From contig JBMNIF010000003.1 of NCBI GenBank assembly GCA_050950765.1, positions 128,001-192,000 on the forward strand: DNA of 64,000 nt, read 5' to 3'. Made by a program: the position numbers and the translations under genes. This stretch comes from Bdellovibrionota bacterium. GTDB lineage: Bacteria; Bdellovibrionota_C; UBA2361; JAAYZI01. The notes below the pieces were generated by a model that made no database searches, was not told the origin of the DNA, and saw only the letters and a list, made by a program, of their open reading frames with translations. Every line of letters starts with the position of its first letter. Within the stretch, counting starts at the first letter, position 1. Positions 1 through 9,462 of the stretch are shown here, one piece after another.

Positions 1-768
1 CTGCATTACAAGGGAGAAGATAAAACGTCCACCACCTGTTTCATCATACGCGCCAGCATGTGCCACGCCGCGCAACGTCCCAAGAACTATAATATCCCCT
101 CCTGCGATCAACTCTGCACCAGAGTTAACATCACCCATTACTATTAAGGAGTGCTCGGTTTCAATCCGTTGCCCAGAACGCAACGTTGCATATATTACAC
201 GTGCATCAGGATCATCCCATACCGAGGCAGGCGTATCAACCATATTGCTATGCAGCTCTTGAAAATCGTCGATACCTGCTTTTATTGACGGTTCTTGCAT
301 AGATCCAAACCCCTCCATTCCGCCGAATAAACCCAGTTTATCATCATCATCGATAACCTGCATTTCTACACGCTCAAGCGATCTCTTTTTGGGGAAAGCG
401 TTCTGAAGATAAGAAGAACTCACCACGATATCAAAATCATCAACCAACATCTTTGAAAGGGCTTCTACAACACTATCGGAAGGTTCTACCCCAACCCATT
501 CAAAAGAGATCTCATTACCGGTAAGGAAACTTCTTCTTGATAAAACAAAATCATAAAGCGCAGCTTGAAGACTTTTAGGACTAACCCTGCCGTCCAACCT
601 AATCACTAGCCCATCTCCCGTACCACGCGCTGTAATTATTCCACTACGCAAACTTTTCTCTTCCATTCCACCACTAATAATCTCGTCGGCAGCAGTTATA
701 GGTTCATCTTTCACCAAATTTGGTCTTCTCGTAATCTTTACATCAGAATCCGTACCGCCATCTTTCAT
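1..768 (-). CDS. minC: Septum site-determining protein MinC (3' end runs off the window)
   Basis: Not in the ORF track; translated by hand from the ATG at 768 (AGGTGG upstream): MKDGGTDS...TLRSGQRIETEHSLIVMGDVNSGAELIAGGDIIVLGTLRGVAHAGA, the MinC C-terminal signature. Confidence 0.9.
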   Translation of the reverse strand, partial: MKDGGTDSDVKITRRPNLVKDEPITAADEIISGGMEEKSLRSGIITARGTGDGLVIRLDGRVSPKSLQAALYDFVLSRRSFLTGNEISFEWVGVEPSDSVVEALSKMLVDDFDIVVSSSYLQNAFPKKRSLERVEMQVIDDDDKLGLFGGMEGFGSMQEPSIKAGIDDFQELHSNMVDTPASVWDDPDARVIYATLRSGQRIETEHSLIVMGDVNSGAELIAGGDIIVLGTLRGVAHAGAYDETGGGRFIFSLVMQ

Positions 769-1129
769 AGCCGACCACCTAAAAAAAAATCTAACTCCAC
801 ACAAAGAGAGCCCTTCTGCAACAAAAAAGCAAAAGGCATAAAGTAAAAATAAATATCTATAAAACAATAAAAACAAAGAGTTAGAGACTCTTAACTTTAA
901 GCAAGTTATAGCAAGAAGTTATAGCAAACTTTTAAAAGCAGAGTCAATAAATATCAGTATTAGGAGAAAAATAAAATAACTGCACTTCCTGTACACTTTA
1001 CGGAAGGGTTGCTAAAAATACGATATTTTATCTATACCTCTACTAACAATATACCAAGAAGTTCCAAGATCTGTTTTAAAGTGCAGGCGTATCGATTTTT
1101 GAACTTTAAACGTTTTAGGAGTTTAGGTT

Positions 1130-1627
1130 ATGCCGAGTTCACTTATAAAATTATTTAATGAGATCGCTTTTTTTATAGCAAGTGGCTTTTATAGTGGCAA
1201 AACACCTAAATCTCCAGGCACAGCAGGTTCCCTACTTTGTATCGTTATCTGGTTTCTTAATCGAGATTTTTTAAAGTTAGATGAGTTAACTCTAATTATC
1301 GGTACTATCTTACTAGGACTCCTAACAAGTCAGATCTCTCTTCATAACCTTAGAAAAAAAGATCTCACAACTACTGACCCACAAACAATCGTTATTGACG
1401 AATGGGCAGGGATGCTAATTGCGCTTTATGCTATTCCAACACCAACTATCTTTTGGGTAATAACTGCTTTTATATTATTTCGCTTCTTCGATATCCTCAA
1501 ACTGGGACCCATCAGGTGGTCAGAGAAACTTCCTGATAGCATCGGCATTATGGCAGATGATATCGTAGCAGGACTTTTTTCGGCTCTAACAATTTTGTTA
1601 CTTAAATATATTCTTAACTTTCTTTAA
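1130..1627 (+). CDS. pgpA: Phosphatidylglycerophosphatase A
   Basis: SPGTAGSL, DPQTIVIDEWAG, FRFFDILK and GIMADDIVAG motifs; AGGAG RBS. Confidence 0.92.
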   Translation: MPSSLIKLFNEIAFFIASGFYSGKTPKSPGTAGSLLCIVIWFLNRDFLKLDELTLIIGTILLGLLTSQISLHNLRKKDLTTTDPQTIVIDEWAGMLIALYAIPTPTIFWVITAFILFRFFDILKLGPIRWSEKLPDSIGIMADDIVAGLFSALTILLLKYILNFL

Positions 1628-1709
1628 TTTTACAAAACGGTTTTTTAAATGTCTTTAAAAGATAGACACCTTTTCATTGCAGCATTAAGAATAAGAAAAG
1701 AGTTTAGAT

Positions 1710-2855
1710 ATGAGATTTAACAACACCGTACTTATAAAATCACTCCTTTTTACCCTTCTATTTTGCAACGGCTGCAATCCGTTTTATGTAACACGCGCCG
1801 CTTATGAAGAGATTAAGATTTTAAATAGAAGAGAGTCTATTTCAGAGATAATCAAAAAAAAATCTCTTCCCCCAGATCAACTTGCTAAGTTGGAATTAAT
1901 TCTTTCAGCTAGAGAATACGCTATACAGATAGGGTTAAAACCTAAAGATACCTTCACTCAATATGCTGAGATTACCAATACCCCTCTAGTTTGGATCGTA
2001 TCTGCTTCAGAAGCTGATTCTTTTACACCCTACACTTGGTGGTTTCCGATAGTAGGCAGCGTCCCTTATAAAGGGTATTTTTCAAAAAATGACGCCTTAG
2101 ATCTTGCAGCAAAATTACGATCAGACGGCTACGAAACTTACATCAGAGGGGCTGACGCCTTTAGCACGCTAGGTTGGTTTAATGATCCTGTTTTATCTTC
2201 AATATTAAAAGGAGATGATGCTCAAATCGTCAGTACTGTAATTCATGAAATTGTTCACACCACCCTTTGGTTTCCGAACTTAGTAACCTTAAATGAAAGT
2301 ATGGCACACTTTATCGGGCTTAAAGAAAGTATAAACTTTTTTGATATCCAACTATTAAACTGTAAAAACTGTTCAGAAGAAAAACTATCACACTTAAAAC
2401 AGGCAAAAAAGATGGCAGAAACACGTTTTAGTCATAACCTTATTATCAGTGAAGTTGTGATGGATCTGTATGAGAACTTAAACAAGCTCTATAAAAGCTC
2501 TCTTTCAAAAGAAGAAAAATTAAAACAACGTCAAGATCTCTTTTCTGTCGAGAGTAATTCACTACGAGATAAGATGCCTAATTTAAGAATCTTAAATAAG
2601 ATCAACAACGCCGAGATTATGCACCTTAAATTATACTTAACTAACCTAATCGGATTTAAACGTTTATACGATTATTCGGATCAAAATATAGTTACTTTTT
2701 TACAAAAGGTTGAAAATTTATTAAAAAAAGCTAGAAAATCTTCCAGTGCTGAAAGTCTAGAAGATCGTTTTTTTAAGGAATTATCAGATCTGGTTAGAAC
2801 GACACCTTTAAGACCTGATGCACCTGATCTTAAAATATGTAAAAATGCTCTATGA
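1710..2855 (+). CDS. Putative zinc aminopeptidase, lipoprotein-like
   Basis: WWFPIVGSVPYKGYF, AFSTLGWFNDP, HEIVH (HExxH) followed by NES; N-terminal hydrophobic stretch ending in GC. Confidence 0.8.
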   Translation: MRFNNTVLIKSLLFTLLFCNGCNPFYVTRAAYEEIKILNRRESISEIIKKKSLPPDQLAKLELILSAREYAIQIGLKPKDTFTQYAEITNTPLVWIVSASEADSFTPYTWWFPIVGSVPYKGYFSKNDALDLAAKLRSDGYETYIRGADAFSTLGWFNDPVLSSILKGDDAQIVSTVIHEIVHTTLWFPNLVTLNESMAHFIGLKESINFFDIQLLNCKNCSEEKLSHLKQAKKMAETRFSHNLIISEVVMDLYENLNKLYKSSLSKEEKLKQRQDLFSVESNSLRDKMPNLRILNKINNAEIMHLKLYLTNLIGFKRLYDYSDQNIVTFLQKVENLLKKARKSSSAESLEDRFFKELSDLVRTTPLRPDAPDLKICKNAL

Positions 2856-2903
2856 TGACTATTAAATTTACTTTACTAAAAAATAATATCGATGGAGGGA
2901 GAG

Positions 2904-3827
2904 ATGAAATTTGCTGATAGACTACAAGCTTCAATTGAGAAGAACAGCAGTTGTTTGTGTGCGGGTTTCGATCCGCGCTTGGATACCTTCCCGCTCTGTA
3001 TTCTAAAAGACGCTGAAAAACAGAAGACAACGGAAGATAGCATCTATCAAGCATTAACTGATTTTCATGCTTTGGCACTCTCAGCTTGTGCAGACAGAAT
3101 CGCTTGTGTAAAGCCGAATATCGCTTTCTTTGAATGCTTAGGCTTAGCAGGCTTGCGTGCACTACAAAGTATTATCGCCATGATTAAAGAGTATAAACTC
3201 CCCGTTATTCTTGATGGTAAACGTGGAGATATCGGTTCAACCGCCACAGCTTATAGCAGTGCATTTCTCGGCAAAAGTACAGCTTTCGGTAAAGAGATCG
3301 AGTTTTTAAACGCCGATGCCTTAACGATCAATCCCTTTTTAGGATTCGATACCTTACAACCATTTTTAGATGATTGCTGCCAATACGACAAAGGTTTGTT
3401 TGTTTTAGTAAAAACATCCAATCCTGGATCAAGCGCCATTCAAGATTTAACGTGCTCCGGCACGACAGTCAGTGAAAAGATCGCAGAATGGCTCAATTCA
3501 AAAGGTGAAGATCTAATGGGATCTTGTGGATATTCTGGATTAGGTGCCGTAGTTGGTGCCACCTACCCTGAACAAGCGAAAGCTTTACGCTCAAAAATGC
3601 CCGATAACTTCTTCTTGATTCCAGGTCTTAGCACTCAAGGAGCAGGAGCTGCTGATGCTTGTGCAGGTTTTTCTACTAAAACACCACGCGGTGCAGCTAT
3701 CACCAATGTCTCACGAGGACTTTTAGGTAAGTTCTCACCAGATATCTCCAGAGAAGATTTAAAAATAGAGATTCAAAACAGAGCTGATAATCTCAATCGA
3801 TCATTGAAAGAAGCTCTGCAAGGATAG
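2904..3827 (+). CDS. pyrF: Orotidine-5'-phosphate decarboxylase
   Basis: VKPNIAFFE, ILDGKRGDIGST, VKTSNPGS, GAVVGATYP; start placed at the second ATG after GGAGGGAG. Confidence 0.93.
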   Translation: MKFADRLQASIEKNSSCLCAGFDPRLDTFPLCILKDAEKQKTTEDSIYQALTDFHALALSACADRIACVKPNIAFFECLGLAGLRALQSIIAMIKEYKLPVILDGKRGDIGSTATAYSSAFLGKSTAFGKEIEFLNADALTINPFLGFDTLQPFLDDCCQYDKGLFVLVKTSNPGSSAIQDLTCSGTTVSEKIAEWLNSKGEDLMGSCGYSGLGAVVGATYPEQAKALRSKMPDNFFLIPGLSTQGAGAADACAGFSTKTPRGAAITNVSRGLLGKFSPDISREDLKIEIQNRADNLNRSLKEALQG

Positions 3828-3835
3828 GGAGTATA

Positions 3836-5881
3836 GTGGAAGGAAGTATAAATAACGGTAATATTGTTACTTATGAACAACAGGGGCAAATTTTACTCGG
3901 TGTTGTTTTACAAAACAAAGGTAAAAAGCACCTTATTCTAAACGAAAAAGGGAGCGAGTTAGATCTAGCAGAAGATCGCTTGCATAAACTTCCAAGCAAT
4001 ATCCCCTCTGATAGATCCACAAAAGAAGCGCAGATCGATTTTTTAGCAACTTTACGTGCTCAAGCTTTAGAAGAGCTTGAGAAGCTCAACTTGGAAGATA
4101 TCTGGATCTTCACAGTTGATGAGGAGGGGGAATTTACTAACTCCACCCTCTCGCAACTGTACTACGGCGACGATTCTCTCTTGCATCACCTTGTCATCAG
4201 GATCTCGTTATTATCCGACACCATCTATTTTAAACGTAAAAAAGATTCTTTTCTGCCACGTTCAGCAGAAGTTATCGAGGAGTTAAAGCGGGCTAAGGAC
4301 GCACAAATTCAGAAGCGACAAAGACAGGAACGAACGATCTCAGCTTTCGTCACTTCTTTAAAAGATAACTCAACCCAACTTCCAGATTATGTTGAATCAG
4401 ATCTGGATCTTTTAAAAAACTTAGCAGCTTCAACTGATACGGAAGGATCTGGCAAAGTGAATGAAGCTCGTCAATTCTTAGCCACCTGCTTAGATCTGCT
4501 AAAACTAACGATACAAGGTCCCCCTCCGGAGCAAGCTTTTAAGTTGCTTAAGAAGTTAGGCATCTTTGATAAAAATACGAATCTCTCTCTTATCCGTCAC
4601 GGTATAAAAACAGACTTCTCTCCAGATCTAGTAAGTGCTGCCGAAGACCTTCTTCATCCTGAATCTCTCTCAGATTATCCTGATGCAGCACACCGCTTGG
4701 ATCTAACTAATCTTAACACCTTTACTATTGACGATGCTACAACACAGGATATGGATGATGCCTTAAGCATTGAACGCATTCAAGGCGGATATCAACTTGG
4801 CGTGCATATCAGTGATGTTGCATCACTCCTTCACTTTGATACTCCTTTAGATAAAGAAGCGTGTTCACGTGCAACTTCTTTCTATTTTCCATCTGGACAA
4901 ATTCCGATGTTACCCGCAAAACTCTCCCACGATACTTGTAGCTTAATAGTTGGAAGAGATAGACCGTGCTTAAGTTGTCTCTTTGAACTTGATGAAGCTT
5001 TTAATATTAAAGAAGCGCGTGTAGTTCCATCTATTATCAACGTCAAACATAGATACAGCTACGAAGAGGTTGATACGCTCCTAGAAGATGGTGCTGAAGA
5101 TCTAAATATGCTCTATCAAGCAACGGTTAGTAACGAAACAAAACGTTTTAAAAATGGTGGTTTTAAGGTCAATAAGCGGGAGGTTTATGTTGAGCTCTTA
5201 GATGACGGTATTATCAAATTGATAGAGGTTGATGAAAATGCCACTTCACGCGCCATAGTTGGAGAGAGTGCAATTATGGCTAATGAAGCTATGGCGAACT
5301 TTGCTGCCGCAAATAACATCGCCGTTGCATATAGAGGTCAACCAGCTCCTGATGATGATCAGATCAGTAGCGAAAACCTTCCTGAAGGAGCAGCTAAAGA
5401 CTACGCAGCACGTGCTCAATTAAAACCCTCAACCCTCTCTTTTGAACCAGCCTCACACCACACCTTAGGTATCTCTGCATACATCCAAGCTACTTCACCG
5501 ATTCGGCGTTACATAGATCTGTGTAATCAACGCCAAATCCTATCATTTATCAGAGATGGTAAGCCTCAATTTTCAAAAGAAGAGTTCAAAGATGTCATCG
5601 CCAATAGTGAAAATGCTCGTTCAACTGCTATGACACTAACTAAAGAAACAAAACGTTTCTGGCTTTTGAGGTATCTACAACAACGCTCCAAGCAAGATCC
5701 TTCTATTAAAGCTACGGTTTTAAGATGCGATCGGAAATTGCCACTAATAGAGCTGGATGAGGTTTTTATGCCGACAGTTACTCGTATTAATAAAAATACA
5801 ACTCCTGGAGATATACTAAAGTTAAAAATAATCCGCGTTGATCCACAATTTGATGATTTAAAATTAGAGGTTGTAGAGTAA
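3836..5881 (+). CDS. RNB-domain exoribonuclease (RNase II/R family)
   Basis: FTIDDATTQDMDDALS catalytic motif, GVHISDV, ATSPIRRYIDL. Confidence 0.88.
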   Translation: MEGSINNGNIVTYEQQGQILLGVVLQNKGKKHLILNEKGSELDLAEDRLHKLPSNIPSDRSTKEAQIDFLATLRAQALEELEKLNLEDIWIFTVDEEGEFTNSTLSQLYYGDDSLLHHLVIRISLLSDTIYFKRKKDSFLPRSAEVIEELKRAKDAQIQKRQRQERTISAFVTSLKDNSTQLPDYVESDLDLLKNLAASTDTEGSGKVNEARQFLATCLDLLKLTIQGPPPEQAFKLLKKLGIFDKNTNLSLIRHGIKTDFSPDLVSAAEDLLHPESLSDYPDAAHRLDLTNLNTFTIDDATTQDMDDALSIERIQGGYQLGVHISDVASLLHFDTPLDKEACSRATSFYFPSGQIPMLPAKLSHDTCSLIVGRDRPCLSCLFELDEAFNIKEARVVPSIINVKHRYSYEEVDTLLEDGAEDLNMLYQATVSNETKRFKNGGFKVNKREVYVELLDDGIIKLIEVDENATSRAIVGESAIMANEAMANFAAANNIAVAYRGQPAPDDDQISSENLPEGAAKDYAARAQLKPSTLSFEPASHHTLGISAYIQATSPIRRYIDLCNQRQILSFIRDGKPQFSKEEFKDVIANSENARSTAMTLTKETKRFWLLRYLQQRSKQDPSIKATVLRCDRKLPLIELDEVFMPTVTRINKNTTPGDILKLKIIRVDPQFDDLKLEVVE

Positions 5882-5954
5882 TTAGTCCAATAAAAACACA
5901 GCAAAAATGGGCGGTTTGAGTAGCGCTGCTTAAAAAGCCTATAAAAAAACCTCT

Positions 5955-6138
5955 ATCTGAATCGCTCAATCCTTCAAGCCGCGTTTTTACCCTAGGATAT
6001 CTAAAAGCCTCTGCGTTCCGTGACACGGAGCAGATCTGAATTGATTAATCCTTCAAGCCGCGTTTTTACCCTAGGATATCTAAAAGCCTCTGCATTCCGT
6101 GACACGGAGCAGATCTGAATCGATCAATCCTTTAAGCC
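5955..6138. repeat. 79-bp tandem repeat, about 2.3 copies
   Basis: ATCTGAAT anchor at 5955, 6034 and 6113; near-identical units containing the hairpin TCTGC..TCCGTG-A-CACGGA-GCAGA. Confidence 0.93.
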
Positions 6139-6156
6139 ACCTTGCGCTCTCCAAAA

Positions 6157-6199
6157 ATAGACAGGGTGGTGCTAATCAAAGATCAACACCACCCTCTAT
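6157..6199. terminator. Stem-loop between convergent genes, probable terminator
   Basis: AGGGTGGTG (6163-6171) pairs with CACCACCCT (6187-6195). Confidence 0.6.
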
Positions 6200-6213
6200 C
6201 TCTAGCTAGCGAG

Positions 6214-6672
6214 CTATTTCGGGAGCTTCATCGGACGTCCACCAGGGGGTAGCCTCGGAGGCTGCGGCGGTGGAGGATTCCGCGGAGCTTCATACCGATA
6301 CTGCTGCTGCCTTGGAGGCGGCTGATAATTATCCCGATACTGCGGCTGCCTTGGAGGCGGCGGTGGATAATATTGTGGTGGCGGGTAATAATAATACTGC
6401 GGCGGCGGATAGTACCTCGGAGGTTCATACCGATAACGCGGCTGCTGATAGTATCGGTATCGGTTATCGTTGTAGAAACGACCGTTGTAACTGAAATACG
6501 GGTTGTCGCCCAGCCTCATAGTAACACGACCGTTCCTATCACCCCCCGAAATCGTAACTCCTCCCCTTCCGATGGAAAAAGAGAAGTTATCTGCCTTCGC
6601 CATATTAGCACTCGCTAAAAGGATTGCGAACGCAAATACGACAACGCGCACAAGTTGAAAAAAACGATTCAT
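6214..6672 (-). CDS. Secreted Pro/Tyr/Gln/Arg-rich low-complexity protein
   Basis: Signal peptide ending AKA; GGAG RBS; repeated YYPPP and QPPR tracts. Confidence 0.7.
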   Translation of the reverse strand: MNRFFQLVRVVVFAFAILLASANMAKADNFSFSIGRGGVTISGGDRNGRVTMRLGDNPYFSYNGRFYNDNRYRYYQQPRYRYEPPRYYPPPQYYYYPPPQYYPPPPPRQPQYRDNYQPPPRQQQYRYEAPRNPPPPQPPRLPPGGRPMKLPK

Positions 6673-7108
6673 CGTTTTCTCCTTGTGTCATAGACACTGT
6701 TAAGGGTTTATGAAATGAAAAAACGCTATTTTAAGCGCTACTCAGACCAGATTGTAGAAAGAACGGGTAATGATAAAAACTTTACCATAACTACATATTA
6801 TAACACGTTATACCTATTTATCGGAAAAGTAATTTTCCCACCATTAAAAAATCACCAGCACACCATTTTTCGAACTTTTAAGCCGATTTTTTTTAAATAT
6901 TTTCTGATAAATATCAGAGAGTTAATTTCAAACCCTTGCGCCCAAGTGACTCTCTAAGTATGCTCTCCCTCGGAGTAGAATGACTGTTCCAGTCTGGGTC
7001 AATATTTTTTATACCCCTCTCCCTGAAAACGTGTTTCTGAAGGGAACTATTAGGTAAGAAACACTGCTTTTCTGACCACTTACTAAAATAAAATCACAAG
7101 GATATATC

Positions 7109-9322
7109 ATGTCAGAAGATACAAAATCATGTTGCGCTTGTAGTGCAAAGAAAAATAGTTCGCTAGATCCTATCTTTAATCCTAAAAGTGTTGCTGTTAT
7201 CGGAGCGACAGAGAGAGAAAAAAGTTTAGGACGAACAATCTTATGGAATCTTATCAGCAATCCATTTGGCGGAACAGTTTATCCGATCAACCCTAAACGC
7301 CAACAAGTACTAGGCATCCGTGCTTATCCCTCCGTAAAAGACGTTCCGGAAGAGTTAGATCTCGCCGTAGTTTGCACCGCTGCAAAGGTAGTTCCTGGCT
7401 TGGTGCAGGAGTGCGTAGAAGCTAAAGTCAAAGGGTTAATTATCCTCTCTGCAGGGTTTAAAGAGATGGGACCAGAAGGTGCTGCTGCAGAACAAAAAAT
7501 ATTAGATACAGTAAAAGGAACCGGTATTAGAATCATCGGGCCGAACTGCCTCGGTGTAATGAATCCTGTTCACGGTTTGAATGCCGCCTTCGGTGGTAAT
7601 ATGGCTCGTAAAGGAAAGGTAGCTTTTATTAGCCAAAGTGGTGCTCTCTGTGCTGCTATCTTGGACTGGGCAGAATCAGTAAAAGTCGGTTTTAGCGCCT
7701 TTGTCTCCATCGGATCTATGGCTGATGTGGATTGGGGTGATCTGATCCGTTACTTAGGTGATGATCCAAACACTAACTCTATCGTGATCTATATGGAGAG
7801 TATCGGAAATGCTGCTTCATTCCTATCCGCAGCAAAAGAAGTTGCTCCAAAGAAACCGATCTTCGTTATTAAAGCAGGTAGAACTGCTGCTGCTGCTAAA
7901 GCCGCTGCCTCTCATACAGGCTCCTTAACCGGCTCTGATGATGTACTTGATGCTGCTTTTAAGAGTGTTGGTGTTGTTAGGGTTGATGAAATTAACGACC
8001 TCTTTTCAATAATTGAAGCTCTTGGCAAGCAACCCCTTCCAAAGGGCAACCGCTTAACTATTTTGACCAATGCTGGCGGTCCAGGGGTATTGTCAACAGA
8101 TGCCCTCTCTCAAGGTGGCGGACAACTTGCCGAGATCAGTCCAGAGACTTTTGAGGCTATCAACAACATCCTTCCTCCGCATTGGAGTAGAAACAATCCT
8201 ATTGACGTGCTTGGTGATGCGGAACCAGATCGTTACGCCAACACCTTACAGGTCGCTTCAAAGGATGATAACACTGACGGTTTGTTAGTTATTTTAACAC
8301 CCCAAGATATGACAGACGCTAAAGGGACGGCAGAGGCACTAGCTCCATATGCAAACTCTTTAGGCAAACCTGTTTTTGCTAGTTGGATGGGTGGTAACGC
8401 CGTTCAAGCAGGACGTGATATCTTAATTAATGCCGGTATTCCTGAGTTTGAAAATCCTGATTCAGCGGCAAAAACCTTTAACTACTGCTGGAAGTATGGT
8501 GCCAATATTAAGAAGTTGTATGAGAATAATGACTCTTGTAACGGCTGCTGTGATAAAGCAATAGCAGAATCCCATACAAAGGCAGAAGCTATCCTTAACG
8601 TTGCTCGCTCTGAAGGTAGAAGCCTTTTAAATGAGTACGAGTCAAAGAAGCTTTTGCAAGCTTACAACATTCATACTGTCCGCACGGAAGTTGCTACAAC
8701 ACGTGATGATGCTATGAAGTTAGCTGCTGAGATAGGCTTCCCTGTTGTGGTTAAATTACACTCCAACACCATTACTCACAAAACTGATGTGGGGGGCGTT
8801 AAATTAAATCTTGCAGATGCAGAAGCCGTCGGTCGTGCTTTTGATGAGATCAAAGAGAGCGTCTCCAATAAACATTCAGTTGAAGACTTCTTGGGCGTAA
8901 CAGTTCAAGAGATGGTTAAGATGGATGGTTATGAGTTAATACTCGGCTCTTCCATCGATAGCCAGTTTGGACCTGTTATGTTGTTCGGTACCGGTGGATC
9001 TTTAGTTGAAGTATTCAAAGATAGAGCCTTAACGTTACCTCCGTTAACAATTAATAGAGCTAGACTCTTAATGCAGGAAACAAAGATCTACAAAGCATTA
9101 CAAGGTGTACGGGGACGCAAGTCAGTTGATATGGCAGCACTGGAGAAGCTTTTAATCAACTTTGCCGAGTTAATCTCAACCGAGAGATGGATTTCAGAGC
9201 TTGATATCAATCCGTTACTTATCTCGGAAACTCAGATGGTGGCACTTGACGCTCGTGTAGTGTTGCACGATCCGAAAACGCCGGAAGATAACCTTCCGAT
9301 CCCTGCCTTACGTCAAAAATAA
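7109..9322 (+). CDS. Acetate/acyl-CoA ligase (ADP-forming), fused alpha-beta, no GNAT domain
   Basis: [30 protein letters not shown] (phospho-His position), HKTDVGGV and ELDINPL ATP-grasp motifs. Confidence 0.88.
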   Translation: MSEDTKSCCACSAKKNSSLDPIFNPKSVAVIGATEREKSLGRTILWNLISNPFGGTVYPINPKRQQVLGIRAYPSVKDVPEELDLAVVCTAAKVVPGLVQECVEAKVKGLIILSAGFKEMGPEGAAAEQKILDTVKGTGIRIIGPNCLGVMNPVHGLNAAFGGNMARKGKVAFISQSGALCAAILDWAESVKVGFSAFVSIGSMADVDWGDLIRYLGDDPNTNSIVIYMESIGNAASFLSAAKEVAPKKPIFVIKAGRTAAAAKAAASHTGSLTGSDDVLDAAFKSVGVVRVDEINDLFSIIEALGKQPLPKGNRLTILTNAGGPGVLSTDALSQGGGQLAEISPETFEAINNILPPHWSRNNPIDVLGDAEPDRYANTLQVASKDDNTDGLLVILTPQDMTDAKGTAEALAPYANSLGKPVFASWMGGNAVQAGRDILINAGIPEFENPDSAAKTFNYCWKYGANIKKLYENNDSCNGCCDKAIAESHTKAEAILNVARSEGRSLLNEYESKKLLQAYNIHTVRTEVATTRDDAMKLAAEIGFPVVVKLHSNTITHKTDVGGVKLNLADAEAVGRAFDEIKESVSNKHSVEDFLGVTVQEMVKMDGYELILGSSIDSQFGPVMLFGTGGSLVEVFKDRALTLPPLTINRARLLMQETKIYKALQGVRGRKSVDMAALEKLLINFAELISTERWISELDINPLLISETQMVALDARVVLHDPKTPEDNLPIPALRQK

Positions 9323-9343
9323 CTTTTTTGATATAACTTAAAG

Positions 9344-9381
9344 AAAGGGGTGGATTAACATAATGTTCTTCCACCCCTTTT
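9344..9381. terminator. Intrinsic terminator, probably bidirectional
   Basis: AAAGGGGTGGA ... TCCACCCCTTT between convergent genes. Confidence 0.75.
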
Positions 9382-9462
9382 GATCTCTGTAATTTATATA
9401 ATCTTTCAACCTCGCTCTAACAACGTAAAAGAGCGATTCTCATTTTAAACACCACACAACGA

